Source: Planctomycetota bacterium
GTDB lineage: Bacteria; Planctomycetota; UBA1135; UBA2386
Assembly (NCBI GenBank): GCA_965223545.1
Contig: OZ245006.1
Span: 6,272,001-6,336,000, forward strand
Length of the DNA stretch: 64,000 bases
Direction: 5' to 3'
Below the pieces are notes generated by a model. The model was not told the origin of the DNA, did not search any database, and saw nothing but the letters and a program-made list of their open reading frames with translations. The translations under genes and the position numbers were made by a program. Positions 1 to 11,922 of the stretch are shown here, one piece after another; position 1 is the first letter of the stretch, and each line of letters starts with the position of its first letter.

Positions 1-50
1 ATGGCGCCGGCCAGCGCCGTAGTGCGAATCCAAGTGGTCGGTCGTTGCAT
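1..50 (-). CDS. 5' end of a probably exported protein running off the left edge
   Basis: The minus strand reads GGGAG-N5-ATG then MQRPTTWIRTTALAGA..., i.e. an RBS and a signal-peptide-like start. Truncated by the window edge. Confidence 0.5.
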   Translation of the reverse strand, partial: MQRPTTWIRTTALAGA

Positions 51-230
51 CTGCGCTCCCTCGCTGCCGCCGTCGGCAATTCCGACGGGTGGCTTGAGCG
101 GGCGCGCGGCGGAAAGTCGCGACTCGGGCGAATCGACTGACTGTTCCGCGCAACGTGCTGCGTCGAGCTTGGTGCTGGCCACCCGGTGGCATCGAAATCG
201 ACGCAGCGTTCTTGCTGGAGGCGCGTCGCG

Positions 231-254
231 GGAGGTGCGACCCACCTCCTTTTT
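231..254 (+). terminator. intrinsic terminator-like hairpin
   Basis: GGAGGTG-cgacc-CACCTCC followed by TTTTT. It lies just downstream of the speA stop, but the U-tract is on the + strand. Confidence 0.5.
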
Positions 255-276
255 GCGGGTCATCGGGTGGCCTGCG

Positions 277-2268
277 TCATTCGCCCTCGGCACTCGCCGC
301 GCGGGCCTCGCGGTCCCCCGATCGGGGCTCGTCCGTGGCTGCGGCGCGAGGCGGCGTGGACAAGTAGGTCGTGCCCGCGAGCCCGCCTTCGTAGTGGCGC
401 ATCAGCAGAGCGGATTCCTCGACGCGGATCGCACCGGTGCGCAGCGCCTGCTCGGCGGCGGCGCGCACGCGCCGCACCAGATCCCGGCGGTCGTACTGCA
501 CGTAGCCCAAGACCTCGGTGACGGTGTCGCCCTCGACCACCCGCTCGACGCTGTAGCCATGCTCGTCGTCGAGGCGGATGTGGATCGCGTTGGTGTCGCC
601 GAACAGGTTGTGCAGGTCGCCGAGGATCTCTTGGTAGGCCCCGATCAAGAACACGCCGAGGTAGTACGGCTGGCCGGGCAGCAGGCGGTGTAGCTCGAGT
701 GCCCGCTTGACGTCGTGCAGGTCGATGAAGCGATCGACGCGTCCGTCGCTGTCGCACGTGAGATCCGAGAGAATGGCGCGCTGCGTCGGTCTTTCCAGCA
801 ACCGATGGATCGGCATGACTGGGAACAGCTGCTTCACCGCCCAGTGGTCGGGCAGCGATTGGAACACCGAGAAGTTGCAGTAGTAGTTGTTGGCCAGACC
901 GCGTTCGAGGCCGTCGAGCTCGTCGGGGACGTAGTCGAGCTCGCGCACGATGCCGAGCACCTTGGTGCACACGGCCCAGAACAGCTGTTCCAGCACAGCA
1001 CGCCCGCGGAGGTCGAGGAAGCCGAGATTGAACATCTGCAGGCCCTCTTCCCGGCGCTGCAGCGCGTCGTGGTAGCACTCTTGGAAGGTCTTGCGCGTCA
1101 CCGCGGCGTGTGTCTCCCGCAGCGCCCTGATCGGCGCGGGCTCGTCGTCGCCGGTCTCCAGCGGGGGCGGCACGGCGTCGTCTTCGCGATTGACGCCGAG
1201 CACGTTCATCACCAACACCGCGTGGTGGGCGACCATCGCGCGGCCCGACTCGCTGACGATGTCCGGGTGCGGGATGTCCCGCGCATCGCAGGCCTCGCGG
1301 ATCGAGGACACCACGTCGTTGGCGTACTCCTGCAGGGTGTAGTTGGTCGAGGAGTGGAAGTTGGTGCGCGAGCCGTCGTAGTCCACGCCGAGGCCGCCGC
1401 CGACGTCGAGCATGCGGAGCTCGGCGCCCAGCGCGCACAGCTCGACGAAGATCCGGCTCGACTCGCGCAGCGCGTCCTTGATCGCTCGGATCGCGGTGAT
1501 CTGGCTGCCGATGTGGAAGTGCAGCAGCTCCAGGCAGTCGAGCATGTCGGCTTCCCGCAGCGTGTCGATGACGGAGACGAGCTCGGCGGCGGCCAGGCCG
1601 AACTTGGAGCGAGAGCCGGTGGACTCCGCCCATTTGCCGGCGCCGCGCGCCGCGAGGCGCGCACGCACGCCGATGTGTGGGCGCAGGCGCAGGCGTTGGG
1701 AGGCTTGGATGATCGACTGCAGCTCTTCGAAGCGGTCGATGACGATAACGGGGTGGCGGCCCAGCTTCTGTGCCAGCAGCGCCGTCTCGATGTAGGCGTC
1801 GTCCTTGTAGCCGTTGCAGATGATGAGCGAGTTGGGTCCCTCGGCCAGCGCCAGCGCCACCAGCAGCTCCGGCTTGCTGCCGGCCTCGAGCCCGAGCCCG
1901 AGGTCGCGACCGTAGTGCACCAGCTCCTCGACGACGTCGCTCTGCTGGTTGACCTTGATGGGGAACACGGGCCGATAGGCGCCGCCGTAACCCTCGTCCT
2001 GGATCGCCGTGCCGAACGCCGAGCCGATCTGCTCGAGCCGGTCGTGCAGGATGTCGGAGAACCGCAGCAACAGCGGAAGCGCGTATCCCCGGTGTTGCAG
2101 GTCTTCGACCAGGGCGCGCAGACTGACGCTGCTGCGCCCGCTCTTGTTGGTGACGCAGAGGTCGCCGGCCTTGTCGATGTGGAAATAGCCACAGCCCCAA
2201 GCGCGGACGTGATAGAGCTCGGAGCTGTCGCGGACGGTCCAGGACCGCAGGTCGGAGGAGTTCTTCAA
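277..2268 (-). CDS. speA: biosynthetic arginine decarboxylase
   Basis: Motifs PLLLRFSDIL, FPIKVNQ (PLP lysine), GLEAGSKPEL, CNGYKD, SKFGL, HFHIGSQ, DVGGGLGVDYDG, LTCDSDG and GAYQEILGDLHNLFGD. TTG start at 2268 chosen; the ORF is open to 2331. Confidence 0.95.
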   Translation of the reverse strand: MKNSSDLRSWTVRDSSELYHVRAWGCGYFHIDKAGDLCVTNKSGRSSVSLRALVEDLQHRGYALPLLLRFSDILHDRLEQIGSAFGTAIQDEGYGGAYRPVFPIKVNQQSDVVEELVHYGRDLGLGLEAGSKPELLVALALAEGPNSLIICNGYKDDAYIETALLAQKLGRHPVIVIDRFEELQSIIQASQRLRLRPHIGVRARLAARGAGKWAESTGSRSKFGLAAAELVSVIDTLREADMLDCLELLHFHIGSQITAIRAIKDALRESSRIFVELCALGAELRMLDVGGGLGVDYDGSRTNFHSSTNYTLQEYANDVVSSIREACDARDIPHPDIVSESGRAMVAHHAVLVMNVLGVNREDDAVPPPLETGDDEPAPIRALRETHAAVTRKTFQECYHDALQRREEGLQMFNLGFLDLRGRAVLEQLFWAVCTKVLGIVRELDYVPDELDGLERGLANNYYCNFSVFQSLPDHWAVKQLFPVMPIHRLLERPTQRAILSDLTCDSDGRVDRFIDLHDVKRALELHRLLPGQPYYLGVFLIGAYQEILGDLHNLFGDTNAIHIRLDDEHGYSVERVVEGDTVTEVLGYVQYDRRDLVRRVRAAAEQALRTGAIRVEESALLMRHYEGGLAGTTYLSTPPRAAATDEPRSGDREARAASAEGE

Positions 2269-2342
2269 AGGCGGCCTCGGTCGACCGGAGAGGAAGAGCG
2301 AGATTGAAGCTCCGCCGTCGCCCTCCCGCAACGGCCTGGCCC

Positions 2343-3059
2343 TCAGTCTCGGTCACGGCGGCGAGCGATCAGGAGCAGCGTGCCGTTGAACGAGAGGCCC
2401 TCGGCGGCGACGGCGTCGGCCAGCCTGCGCCAAGCGCCGCGGTCCGGGTCGTTGGCCGGCAGGGTCGCGAGCAGCGGCTCGGCCTCGGCGGCGAGGTCTG
2501 CGAATGGCCGCCGGCGGAGTCGCAGGGCGGTGTGCACCTCCAGCCGCCAGGTGGCGGGAGCCGGCAAGGCGCGGCGCAACGCATCCGCCCCCATGGCGTC
2601 GTGGTGGACTTGGCCGGCGCGGCGGTGCTGGCGCTTCAACCACCGGTCGGCCGCTTCCGCGTTCCGCTGGCAGGCGAGGCCCGGGTCGAACCAGGGTTCG
2701 GCCAGCGCCAAGCCGCGCCGGCAGACGCGCGCGGCTTCGGCAAAAGCCACCGCCGGATCGGTGAGGTGATGCGGCACGTGCCGCATCGTGACCCAATCGA
2801 AAGAGCCGTTCCCGCAGGGCAACCGCTCGGCCTCGGCGCGTACGGTCGGCAGCCGTGCATGCGCTGCGACCAGGGCTTCATCGCCATCCGGCTCGGCGCC
2901 GACCACCGTCAGTCCCAGGCGCTGCAGCGCGGCGACGGTCGCGCCCGTGCCCGCACCGACGTCGAGGACCGACGCCGGCGCCAATGCCGCGACGCGCTGC
3001 GCAAACCACGAGCGCAGGAACGAGACGTTCTCGGCGGAGGCCGACGGCTTGCCATTCAC
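2343..3059 (-). CDS. class I SAM-dependent methyltransferase
   Basis: VLDVGAGTG motif I, AEAERLPCGNGSFDWV and HHLTDPAVAFAEAARV. Confidence 0.85.
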   Translation of the reverse strand: MNGKPSASAENVSFLRSWFAQRVAALAPASVLDVGAGTGATVAALQRLGLTVVGAEPDGDEALVAAHARLPTVRAEAERLPCGNGSFDWVTMRHVPHHLTDPAVAFAEAARVCRRGLALAEPWFDPGLACQRNAEAADRWLKRQHRRAGQVHHDAMGADALRRALPAPATWRLEVHTALRLRRRPFADLAAEAEPLLATLPANDPDRGAWRRLADAVAAEGLSFNGTLLLIARRRDRD

Positions 3060-3107
3060 AGTGGAACTACACCTTCGCCACCGGGCAGCTCCGGCTGGCT
3101 CGGGACG

Positions 3108-3728
3108 TCAGTCGCGGACCGCGGCCGACAGCGGGCGCGGTCCGGTGGGGGGTGTGGCGACTGCCGGTGTTTGCTCGGCCGCGCTAGCACCGCCCAGCGC
3201 GAGCCGCACCGCCGGGTGCATGCGGTTCAGCTCGACCGCGGTGACGGGGAACGCCGGGTTGCGCGGGTTGGGCTTCTTGCTGGTCACCAGCACGCCCTTC
3301 TCGATGGCCTCGGCGATCGCCCGTTGGCAGGACGGTGGCGACTGGGCCCAGTCGTGCTCGCTCTGCGGCAACAGCCGATCGCGCAGGAACTTCAGCGCGA
3401 CGAAATGGAGCTGCGGGCTGTCTTCGGCGGCGGACAGTACGTCGATCAGGTCCGGCAGGGGGTCGATGCCCTTGCAGGAGTCGACGTTGGGCGCGCCCCG
3501 TTCCTCGTAGTGGATCCGCACTTCGCCGTTGTTCGGCTCCCATTCGTCACCGGCGCACTCCTCGTGACGCAGCTGGACGATCGGCTGCATGCCGCTCGGC
3601 GGCGCAATCGCCAGCAGAGGCTGCAGCACCGGTGGCAGCATGCCGCCGTGGTGCATCGAGACCAGTGCGCGCAGCGCCTGCGCGACCCGCTCCTCGACTT
3701 GGCCGACGCGGGTTCCACGGCTAGACAT
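3108..3728 (-). CDS. hypothetical protein (C-terminal winged-helix-like segment)
   Basis: Protein-like composition (DLIDVLSAAEDS...FVALKFLRDRLL...KKPNPRNPAFPVTAVELNRMHP). Start uncertain. Confidence 0.6.
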   Translation of the reverse strand: MSSRGTRVGQVEERVAQALRALVSMHHGGMLPPVLQPLLAIAPPSGMQPIVQLRHEECAGDEWEPNNGEVRIHYEERGAPNVDSCKGIDPLPDLIDVLSAAEDSPQLHFVALKFLRDRLLPQSEHDWAQSPPSCQRAIAEAIEKGVLVTSKKPNPRNPAFPVTAVELNRMHPAVRLALGGASAAEQTPAVATPPTGPRPLSAAVRD

Positions 3729-3993
3729 GGGTCGCCTCTCGCGCAGGCGGAATGGCTCGGAGCGAGAGAGGTGCGTGTGGTTCGTGCATTGGTCGGGCAG
3801 GTTCAACGGATGACGAAGGGCACTCCGCATCTTGGCTGTCGCGTGCGCGATCGTCAATGCGGTCGCGTGCTCGCCGCGTTGGCCCACCAGAACCGGTGCG
3901 AAAGCGCGTCGACCCCGAGTCCGCGACTTGTTCTCGTGCGTTTCGAGTGGTAGTGCGATGCGTTGCCCTTGTGGGGCGGCGCCGTGCCGCGCG

Positions 3994-5994
<2,001 letters not shown>

Positions 5995-6179
5995 GGCGGT
6001 TTCTCGAAATCGGCAAGGGACGACGGGCAGTCGTCGCCCGGGGGCGACAGTGTTGCGCCAGGTCGGCGGCGAGTGAAGGGGGAACCGCCTGACCGAGCTC
6101 AGCGCGGCCGGGGCCGCAACCAAACACGGAGCATTCCGCGACCCGAGCGTCGGTCGCGGGTCCCGCGGTCGCCGGAGGC

Positions 6180-6935
6180 TCAGGTGCCGCCGAGCTCGAA
6201 CGAGCACAGGTCGGTGGCAAGCACGACCTCGCCGGAGAACTCCGCCGCCGCGGCCGCGGCCAGATCGTGCCCCTCGCACTCCGGGTAGAAGTGGGTCAGA
6301 CAGAGCCGCCGCGCACCGGCTCGCTCCGCGGCGGCCGCCGCGAGTGCAGGCGTCAGGTGGCCGTCGACCTTGTGGCCGTCGGGGAACGCTGCCTCGCAGA
6401 CGAACAGGTCCACCCCGCGCGCCACCTCGACCAGGCCGTCGCACACGTCGGAGTCGCCGCTGATGGCGCAGCGCGCGCCGCCGGCTTCGATGCGGTAGGC
6501 CAGGCTCTCGGCGGTGTGCTCGACGGAGACCGCGTCGACCGAGAACGGCGGCAGCGCGTGGGGGCCGGGGGTCAGCTCGAGGGGCGCGAGCCGGTAGCCG
6601 CGCGCCGCCAGCCAGGGCCAGGCCCCGGTCAGCTGCTGCAACAGCGCCCGCAGCCCGGGGGCGCCGCCGATCCACAACGGCGGGCGGCCGGCGAAGCGCG
6701 GATTGCGCAGCGCGAACAGCAGCGCCGCCAGGTCCGCGGTGTGATCGGTGTGGTAGTGGGTGAGGAGAACACCGGTCAGGTCGTTCAGGTCCAATCCCAG
6801 TTTGGGCAGCTGGCGCAGGGTCCCCGGTCCGAGGTCGACCGCGATCGCCGCGCCACCGGCCTGCACCAGCACGCCGGCGGGCAGGCGGTCGGTGACCGGC
6901 ACGGCTGTCCCCGAGCCGAGGATCGTCACGCGCAT
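6180..6935 (-). CDS. MBL-fold metallo-hydrolase (RNase Z/AtsA-like)
   Basis: ILGSGT, DLGPG, THYHTDH (HxHxDH), SGDS, GHLT and LTHFYP. Confidence 0.85.
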   Translation of the reverse strand: MRVTILGSGTAVPVTDRLPAGVLVQAGGAAIAVDLGPGTLRQLPKLGLDLNDLTGVLLTHYHTDHTADLAALLFALRNPRFAGRPPLWIGGAPGLRALLQQLTGAWPWLAARGYRLAPLELTPGPHALPPFSVDAVSVEHTAESLAYRIEAGGARCAISGDSDVCDGLVEVARGVDLFVCEAAFPDGHKVDGHLTPALAAAAAERAGARRLCLTHFYPECEGHDLAAAAAAEFSGEVVLATDLCSFELGGT

Positions 6936-6941
6936 GGCGCG

Positions 6942-7550
6942 TCAGGCGCCGCGCTGGAGGTCGTCCAACGCGGCCTGGTAGTCGGCCGGGCTGTTGATGT
7001 TGCGCAGAAAGCGCCGGTCTGGATCGAAGGCGTCGACCTCGGCCTCGTCGAGCACGCGGGCCGCCACGCGGCCGGTCAACATCCGCGGCCTCCGCTCGCC
7101 TTCGGCGATCAACGCGTCGACGGTGGGCAGGACGGAGGTGCGGTAGATCGCGGTCAGCGGCTGCAGCTTGGCACCGACCCGGGGCAGCACCGCGTCGTGT
7201 TCGCCCAGCCGGTTGGCCAGCCAGGCCACGGCTGCCTCGGTCAGCTGAGGCGCATCACACGTGGTGACGAACGCCGCGTCACAGCGGTCTTGCAGGGCGC
7301 GCAGGCCGGTGGCGATGCCGACCAACGGACCCTCGTCGGGTTGCTCGTCGTACACCAGGTCGGTCTCGATCGGCAGCGGCGGCAATGCCTGCTCCGGGTC
7401 GCGCGCCACCACCAAGACAGGGTGGCAGCACTGCGCCAGGGTCTCCGCCGTGTGCCACAACAAGGTGGTGTCGCCGTAGGCGAGTGCTTCTTTGGGTTGC
7501 CCCATCCGGCGGCTGCGGCCACCGGCCAGGACGATTGCGCCGAGTAGCAT
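6942..7550 (-). CDS. mobA: molybdenum cofactor guanylyltransferase
   Basis: IVLAGGRSRRMGQPK, GPLVGI, TCDAP, QPLTAIY and NINSPADY. AAAGGAG RBS before the ATG at 7550. Confidence 0.88.
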   Translation of the reverse strand: MLLGAIVLAGGRSRRMGQPKEALAYGDTTLLWHTAETLAQCCHPVLVVARDPEQALPPLPIETDLVYDEQPDEGPLVGIATGLRALQDRCDAAFVTTCDAPQLTEAAVAWLANRLGEHDAVLPRVGAKLQPLTAIYRTSVLPTVDALIAEGERRPRMLTGRVAARVLDEAEVDAFDPDRRFLRNINSPADYQAALDDLQRGA

Positions 7551-7725
7551 CGTCTCCTTTGGTAACGTCGTGCCCTCCGGGCACCAAGCCGAAACCGGTG
7601 GCAACCTCGCCCGCGACGCCTCGCGCCCCGTTGCGGTAGGGCGTGGGAGCTCCGCGGGTGGGCCCGACCACCCGGCACTGCGCTCCGATCCCGCCGCCTT
7701 GCGCGCCTCTGCCCGCCGTCTCCGC

Positions 7726-8445
7726 ATGCTGCCCTCCAAATCCACCCGCGTCGCGATCCGGCGGTTGCTCGACGGGCTGCCGACCGCCGAGATCGGCGCG
7801 ATCTACTGCGATGAGGGTGGCGACGCGTTTTGGCGGGCGCGGCGGCCCGCGGTCGAGCGGGTCGGCGTGCGCTGGAGCCAGGAGTGGGCGCGCCGCGTGC
7901 CACGCGGCGGGCACAGCGTGTACGTCGGTGCCGGCGTCGCCGAGCTGCCCGTGCTGTTGACCGAGGTGCTCGATCTGGACCGGCGGTGCAGCGCGTTCAA
8001 CCTGCGCCCCGCCGAGTGCGCGCTGCTGGATGACGCGCTGCGCAGCGCCGGGCTCGGTGACCGCCTGCGCATCCAGCCCGCGTGCCCGGTGCGCACCGGC
8101 GCTCTCGAGCCGGGGTTCGACGGTTTGGCGATGGTCAGCGTGCTCACCGACCCGGAGACCTATCCCGAGCTGTCGGACGTCACCTACGGCCGCGCGATGG
8201 CGCTGGAACTCGACGTCAGCGCGTTCGCCGCACAGCGCGACGCGGCGCGCGCCCTGGTCGCCGGTTTGCTCGGGTCCGCGGCGCTGCCGGCGGTGGTGGC
8301 GACGACGGTCGACGAGGTCCCTTGGATCATGGAAGCGGCGGCCGGCCTGGGCCTCGCGGTCGACGCCGATGACACGGTGTTGGAGACCCCGCTGGTCGGT
8401 GACCCCGCGGGCTTTCTCGCGTTGCGCCGCGCCGCGCAGCCCTGA
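7726..8445 (+). CDS. hypothetical protein, possibly SAM-methyltransferase-like fold
   Basis: Coding-like frame with a Gly-rich SVYVGAGVAE motif. Start chosen at MLPSKSTR. Confidence 0.6.
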   Translation: MLPSKSTRVAIRRLLDGLPTAEIGAIYCDEGGDAFWRARRPAVERVGVRWSQEWARRVPRGGHSVYVGAGVAELPVLLTEVLDLDRRCSAFNLRPAECALLDDALRSAGLGDRLRIQPACPVRTGALEPGFDGLAMVSVLTDPETYPELSDVTYGRAMALELDVSAFAAQRDAARALVAGLLGSAALPAVVATTVDEVPWIMEAAAGLGLAVDADDTVLETPLVGDPAGFLALRRAAQP

Positions 8446-10221
8446 TCAGCCGCGGGCGACCTCGTCCTTGTCGGCCAGCGCTTCGATCTGCTGGCGCGAC
8501 AAACGCGACAGCCGCAGCTTGCGCGAGGCCAGTCGGGTGTCGCGCAGCTCGGAGTAGACCTCCGCGGGCATCCCGCGCGGCAGGTCGACGGTGCTGAAGT
8601 CGTCGTACAGCTCGATTCTGCCGACGCCGCGGCCCGGCAGTCGAGCCGTGGTCGCGATCGTCGCGACGATGCTCGCGGGTTTGGCGCCGTGTGTGCGGCC
8701 GACTTCGATGCGGTAGCGCTCCATGCCGCGCGCCGGGGGCGGGACGATCCAGCCCCGCTGGCGCGCCGGTCGCGGTCGCGCCCCGGTCGCCTCGCTGGCG
8801 CGGGTCCGCCGCCGCGCCGGGGGAGTGCGGAACTCGCGGCCGCCCGCCGGGGGCGCGGTCGGCTCGGGGCCCTCCGGCCACAGCGGGCGGCGGCCGCTCG
8901 CCAGATGGGCGAGGGCGGCCGCGACGCGCAGGGGCGGAGTGGACGAGGTTTCGCAGTACTCCCCGAGCAGCTCCGTGATCGGCTCGAGGTCGGGCCGGGT
9001 CAGAGCGTCCTCGATCCGCTCCAGCAGCTTGGCCGAACGCCGGCGGAACACGGCGTGGCGGTTGGGCAGCGCCATCGGCTCGAAGCGACAGCCCGTGGCG
9101 TTCTCGAGCATCCGCAGCCGTCGTCGCTCGGCGGGGGTGACGAACAGGATGGCCTCGCCGCCGCGGCCGGCGCGGCCGGTGCGGCCGATGCGGTGCACGT
9201 AGGCTTCGACATCCCAGGGGGCATCGTAGTTGATGACGTGGCTGACGCGTTCGACGTCGAGGCCGCGGGCGGCGACGTCGGTAGCCACCAGGATGTCGAC
9301 GCGACCGCGGCGCAGCCGATCGATGGTGCGCTCGCGCTCGCGCTGGGGCACGTCGCCGTTGAGGGGGGCCGCGTCGAAGCCGCGCGCACCGAGGTCCTCG
9401 GCGATGTCGATCGTCGCCGCCCGCGTGCGGGCAAAGACGATGACTCCGTCGTGGGATTCGGTCTCCAGAACCCGCGCCAGGGCCTCGCGCTTCTGCGCGC
9501 GGGTGACGACGACGGCGCGGTGGCGCACCGCGCTCGCGCCCCGGGTCCCGGTCTCGGTGGCGGTGTGCTCGGGATCGCGCAGGGTTGCCGCGGCGATGGC
9601 GCGGATCTCGTCGGCCATCGTCGCCGAGAACAGTGCGGTCTGGCGGTCCGCTGGCGCGTGCTCGAGAATGGACTCGACGTCCTCGCGGAAGCCCATCCGC
9701 AGGAGCTCGTCGGCCTCGTCGATGACCACGTGGCGGATCGCGTCCAAGCGCAGCGAGCCGCGCTGCAAGTGGTCCATCAGGCGTCCCGGCGTGCCGACCA
9801 CGACGTGGACCCCGCGCGCGAGAGGCGCCAGCTGGGCGCCATACGCCTGGCCGCCGTACACCGCCAGGACGCGCAGCTTGGCCATGAATTGGCCGTAGCG
9901 CTCGAATGCCCCCGCGACCTGCAGCGCCAGCTCGCGTGTCGGCGCCAGCACCAGCACTTGAGGTCGCTGGATGGCAGTGTCCAGTTGCGTCAGAATGGGC
10001 CAGCAGAACGCGCCGGTCTTGCCGGTCCCGGTCTGCGCCTGGCCGATGAGATCACGCCCGGCCAGCAGCAGCGGGATCGCCCGGCACTGGATCGGAGTGG
10101 GCTTCTCGTAGCCCGCGGCCGCGATCGCCCGCAGCACCGGATCGGCGAGCTGCAGGTCGGCAAAAGGACTTCCGTGCTGGTCGTCATTCGCCGCCGGAAC
10201 CGATGGGTCGCTCATGTTCAT
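8446..10221 (-). CDS. deaD: DEAD-box RNA helicase with C-terminal DbpA-type RNA-binding domain (CsdA/DeaD-like)
   Basis: Q motif (GYEKPTPIQ), AQTGTGKT, LAPTRELA, GTPGR, DEAD, FSAT, ARGLD and HRIGRTGRAG. C-terminal MERYRIEVGRTHG...IELYDDFSTVDLP. Confidence 0.9.
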   Translation of the reverse strand: MNMSDPSVPAANDDQHGSPFADLQLADPVLRAIAAAGYEKPTPIQCRAIPLLLAGRDLIGQAQTGTGKTGAFCWPILTQLDTAIQRPQVLVLAPTRELALQVAGAFERYGQFMAKLRVLAVYGGQAYGAQLAPLARGVHVVVGTPGRLMDHLQRGSLRLDAIRHVVIDEADELLRMGFREDVESILEHAPADRQTALFSATMADEIRAIAAATLRDPEHTATETGTRGASAVRHRAVVVTRAQKREALARVLETESHDGVIVFARTRAATIDIAEDLGARGFDAAPLNGDVPQRERERTIDRLRRGRVDILVATDVAARGLDVERVSHVINYDAPWDVEAYVHRIGRTGRAGRGGEAILFVTPAERRRLRMLENATGCRFEPMALPNRHAVFRRRSAKLLERIEDALTRPDLEPITELLGEYCETSSTPPLRVAAALAHLASGRRPLWPEGPEPTAPPAGGREFRTPPARRRTRASEATGARPRPARQRGWIVPPPARGMERYRIEVGRTHGAKPASIVATIATTARLPGRGVGRIELYDDFSTVDLPRGMPAEVYSELRDTRLASRKLRLSRLSRQQIEALADKDEVARG

Positions 10222-10345
10222 GGTCGCAATGCCAAAGCGCACGGCCCGGGCAAACCGGCCAACCCTACTCGCGGTGGTGGCCACAGCGCAAGCAGCGGTC
10301 GGTCCGGGTCGTTGAAACCGGCCGGGGAAGTCATCTACTTCTGCG

Positions 10346-10813
10346 ATGGACGGCGATCCCGACGCGCCCGCGAGCCCGGCGGCCCGCCTGCCGGTGCGGC
10401 TCGAGCTGGGTGCCGCGCCGGCGGCTCGGTGCCGCATCGCCGTTTGGGGCCGGGCCCACCCGGGGGGGCTGGCCGTTTTCGACGACAACTGGCTCAACAC
10501 CGAGGTGGCGGTGGCGGGGGTGGAGCGCGGCTGGCGCTACCACGCGTTCCTGCGCGCGGGCGACTTCGCGCGCCTTGCGGGCGAGCTTCGCGCCCTCGAA
10601 GACGGGTCGCTCGAGCGGGCGGCCTTCGAGCCGCGCGATCCGTGGGTCGCGTTCTGGCTGTGGAGAGCGGACGGAGGCGCACAGGGCCGGGCGCGGTTGC
10701 GCGATGGCGGCTCCGAGCGCGGCGCGGAGTTCGGCCTGCGGCTCGACGACGCCGCCCTCGGCTGTCTTCGCCGCCAGGTGGAAGGCGTGACCAGCCTGTT
10801 GCCGCCGCGGTGA
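10346..10813 (+). CDS. hypothetical protein
   Basis: Protein-like ORF (FDDNWLNTEVAV...) whose TGA overlaps the ATG of the dus gene (TGATG). Confidence 0.6.
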   Translation: MDGDPDAPASPAARLPVRLELGAAPAARCRIAVWGRAHPGGLAVFDDNWLNTEVAVAGVERGWRYHAFLRAGDFARLAGELRALEDGSLERAAFEPRDPWVAFWLWRADGGAQGRARLRDGGSERGAEFGLRLDDAALGCLRRQVEGVTSLLPPR

Positions 10814-11922
10814 TGGACGTCGACTTTCGCAACTCGGTCGTCCTCGCGCCGCTGACCAAGGGCGGCAACCTGCCGTTCCGCCGGCTGTGTGTCGCGCACG
10901 GTGCGCGGATCACGACGTCGGAGATGGCCTACGCCCGGCAGGTGCTGCGGGGCAGTCGGTCCGAGCTGGCGCTGTTGCGCCGCCACGGCAGTGAGCCGTG
11001 CTTCGGCGTGCAGCTGGCGGCGGGCAAGCCCGAGGAGGCGGCCGCCGCCGCGGCGGTCGCCGTCGAGCGGGGTGCGGTGTTCGTCGATCTCAACGTCGGC
11101 TGTCCGATCCACGACGTCGTGCGGCGCGGGATGGGGGCGACGCTGATGCGGAGGCCGGCGGTGGTCGGTCGCATTGTCGGCGCCCTGGTCGCGGCGGTGC
11201 CGGTGCCGATCACGGTCAAGCTGCGCACTGGCTGGCGCGAGGGGCGCGCGAACTGTCTCGAGCTCGGTCGCATCGCCGAGGCCGAGGGCGCCGCCGCGGT
11301 CACGCTGCACGCCCGCAGCCGCGAGCAGCGCTACAGCAAGGCGGCGGATTGGAACCAGGTCGCCGAGTTGGCCGCGGCGCTGTCGGTGCCGGTGATCGGC
11401 AATGGCGATCTGTTGACGCACTACGAGGCCGAGCGCCGGCGCGCCAGCAGTGGCTGTGCCGGCGTCATGCTGGCGCGGGGTGCGCTGATCAAGCCGTGGT
11501 TGTTTCGCGAGATCGCGGAGCGGCGGAGCATCGAGCCGAGCGCAGCGGAGAGGGTCGCGGTCTACGTGGAGTTCGTCGGCTACTTGCGCGAGCACTTCGG
11601 CGACGACGAGCGCGGTCGCGAGCGCGCCCTGCGTTTTCTCGCCTGGCACCTGGACTTCTTCAGTCGCTACCGGCCGCTGCCGGAGGCCGGGTTCGCGGCG
11701 GCGGCGGCGATGCACCCGCTGATGCAGACCCGGCACCGCGACGAGGAAGTGCCGTTGTTGGAAGCGGTGTTGCGGGATCCGCGGCCCGAGATGCACGCGG
11801 AGATCGCGGCCGTGCTCTGGGCGGCGGACGACGGCGCCGCCGCCGCTGCTCTGCAGGCGCTCGGCCAGCGCCTGCCACCGCGCGGCGGCGATCCGGCCGA
11901 GGTCCGCACCGCGCACGGCTAA
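10813..11922 (+). CDS. tRNA-dihydrouridine synthase (Dus3-like)
   Basis: LAPLTKGGNLPFRR, SEMA, GVQL, DLNVGCP, TVKLRTG, TLHARSREQRY, GNGD and MLARGALIKPWLF. Confidence 0.92.
   Translation: MDVDFRNSVVLAPLTKGGNLPFRRLCVAHGARITTSEMAYARQVLRGSRSELALLRRHGSEPCFGVQLAAGKPEEAAAAAAVAVERGAVFVDLNVGCPIHDVVRRGMGATLMRRPAVVGRIVGALVAAVPVPITVKLRTGWREGRANCLELGRIAEAEGAAAVTLHARSREQRYSKAADWNQVAELAAALSVPVIGNGDLLTHYEAERRRASSGCAGVMLARGALIKPWLFREIAERRSIEPSAAERVAVYVEFVGYLREHFGDDERGRERALRFLAWHLDFFSRYRPLPEAGFAAAAAMHPLMQTRHRDEEVPLLEAVLRDPRPEMHAEIAAVLWAADDGAAAAALQALGQRLPPRGGDPAEVRTAHG

Noticed and set aside
3730..3990. Riboswitch or ncRNA between htpG and the hypothetical gene
   Set aside because: Some hairpins are possible, but I recognised no conserved family motif.
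8689..10812. Apparent 700-aa N-terminal extension of Dus (also long extensions on htpG, wzy, glcF, fumarase and the kinase)
   Set aside because: These stop-free upstream frames overlap other genes. Family similarity begins at the internal starts I used.
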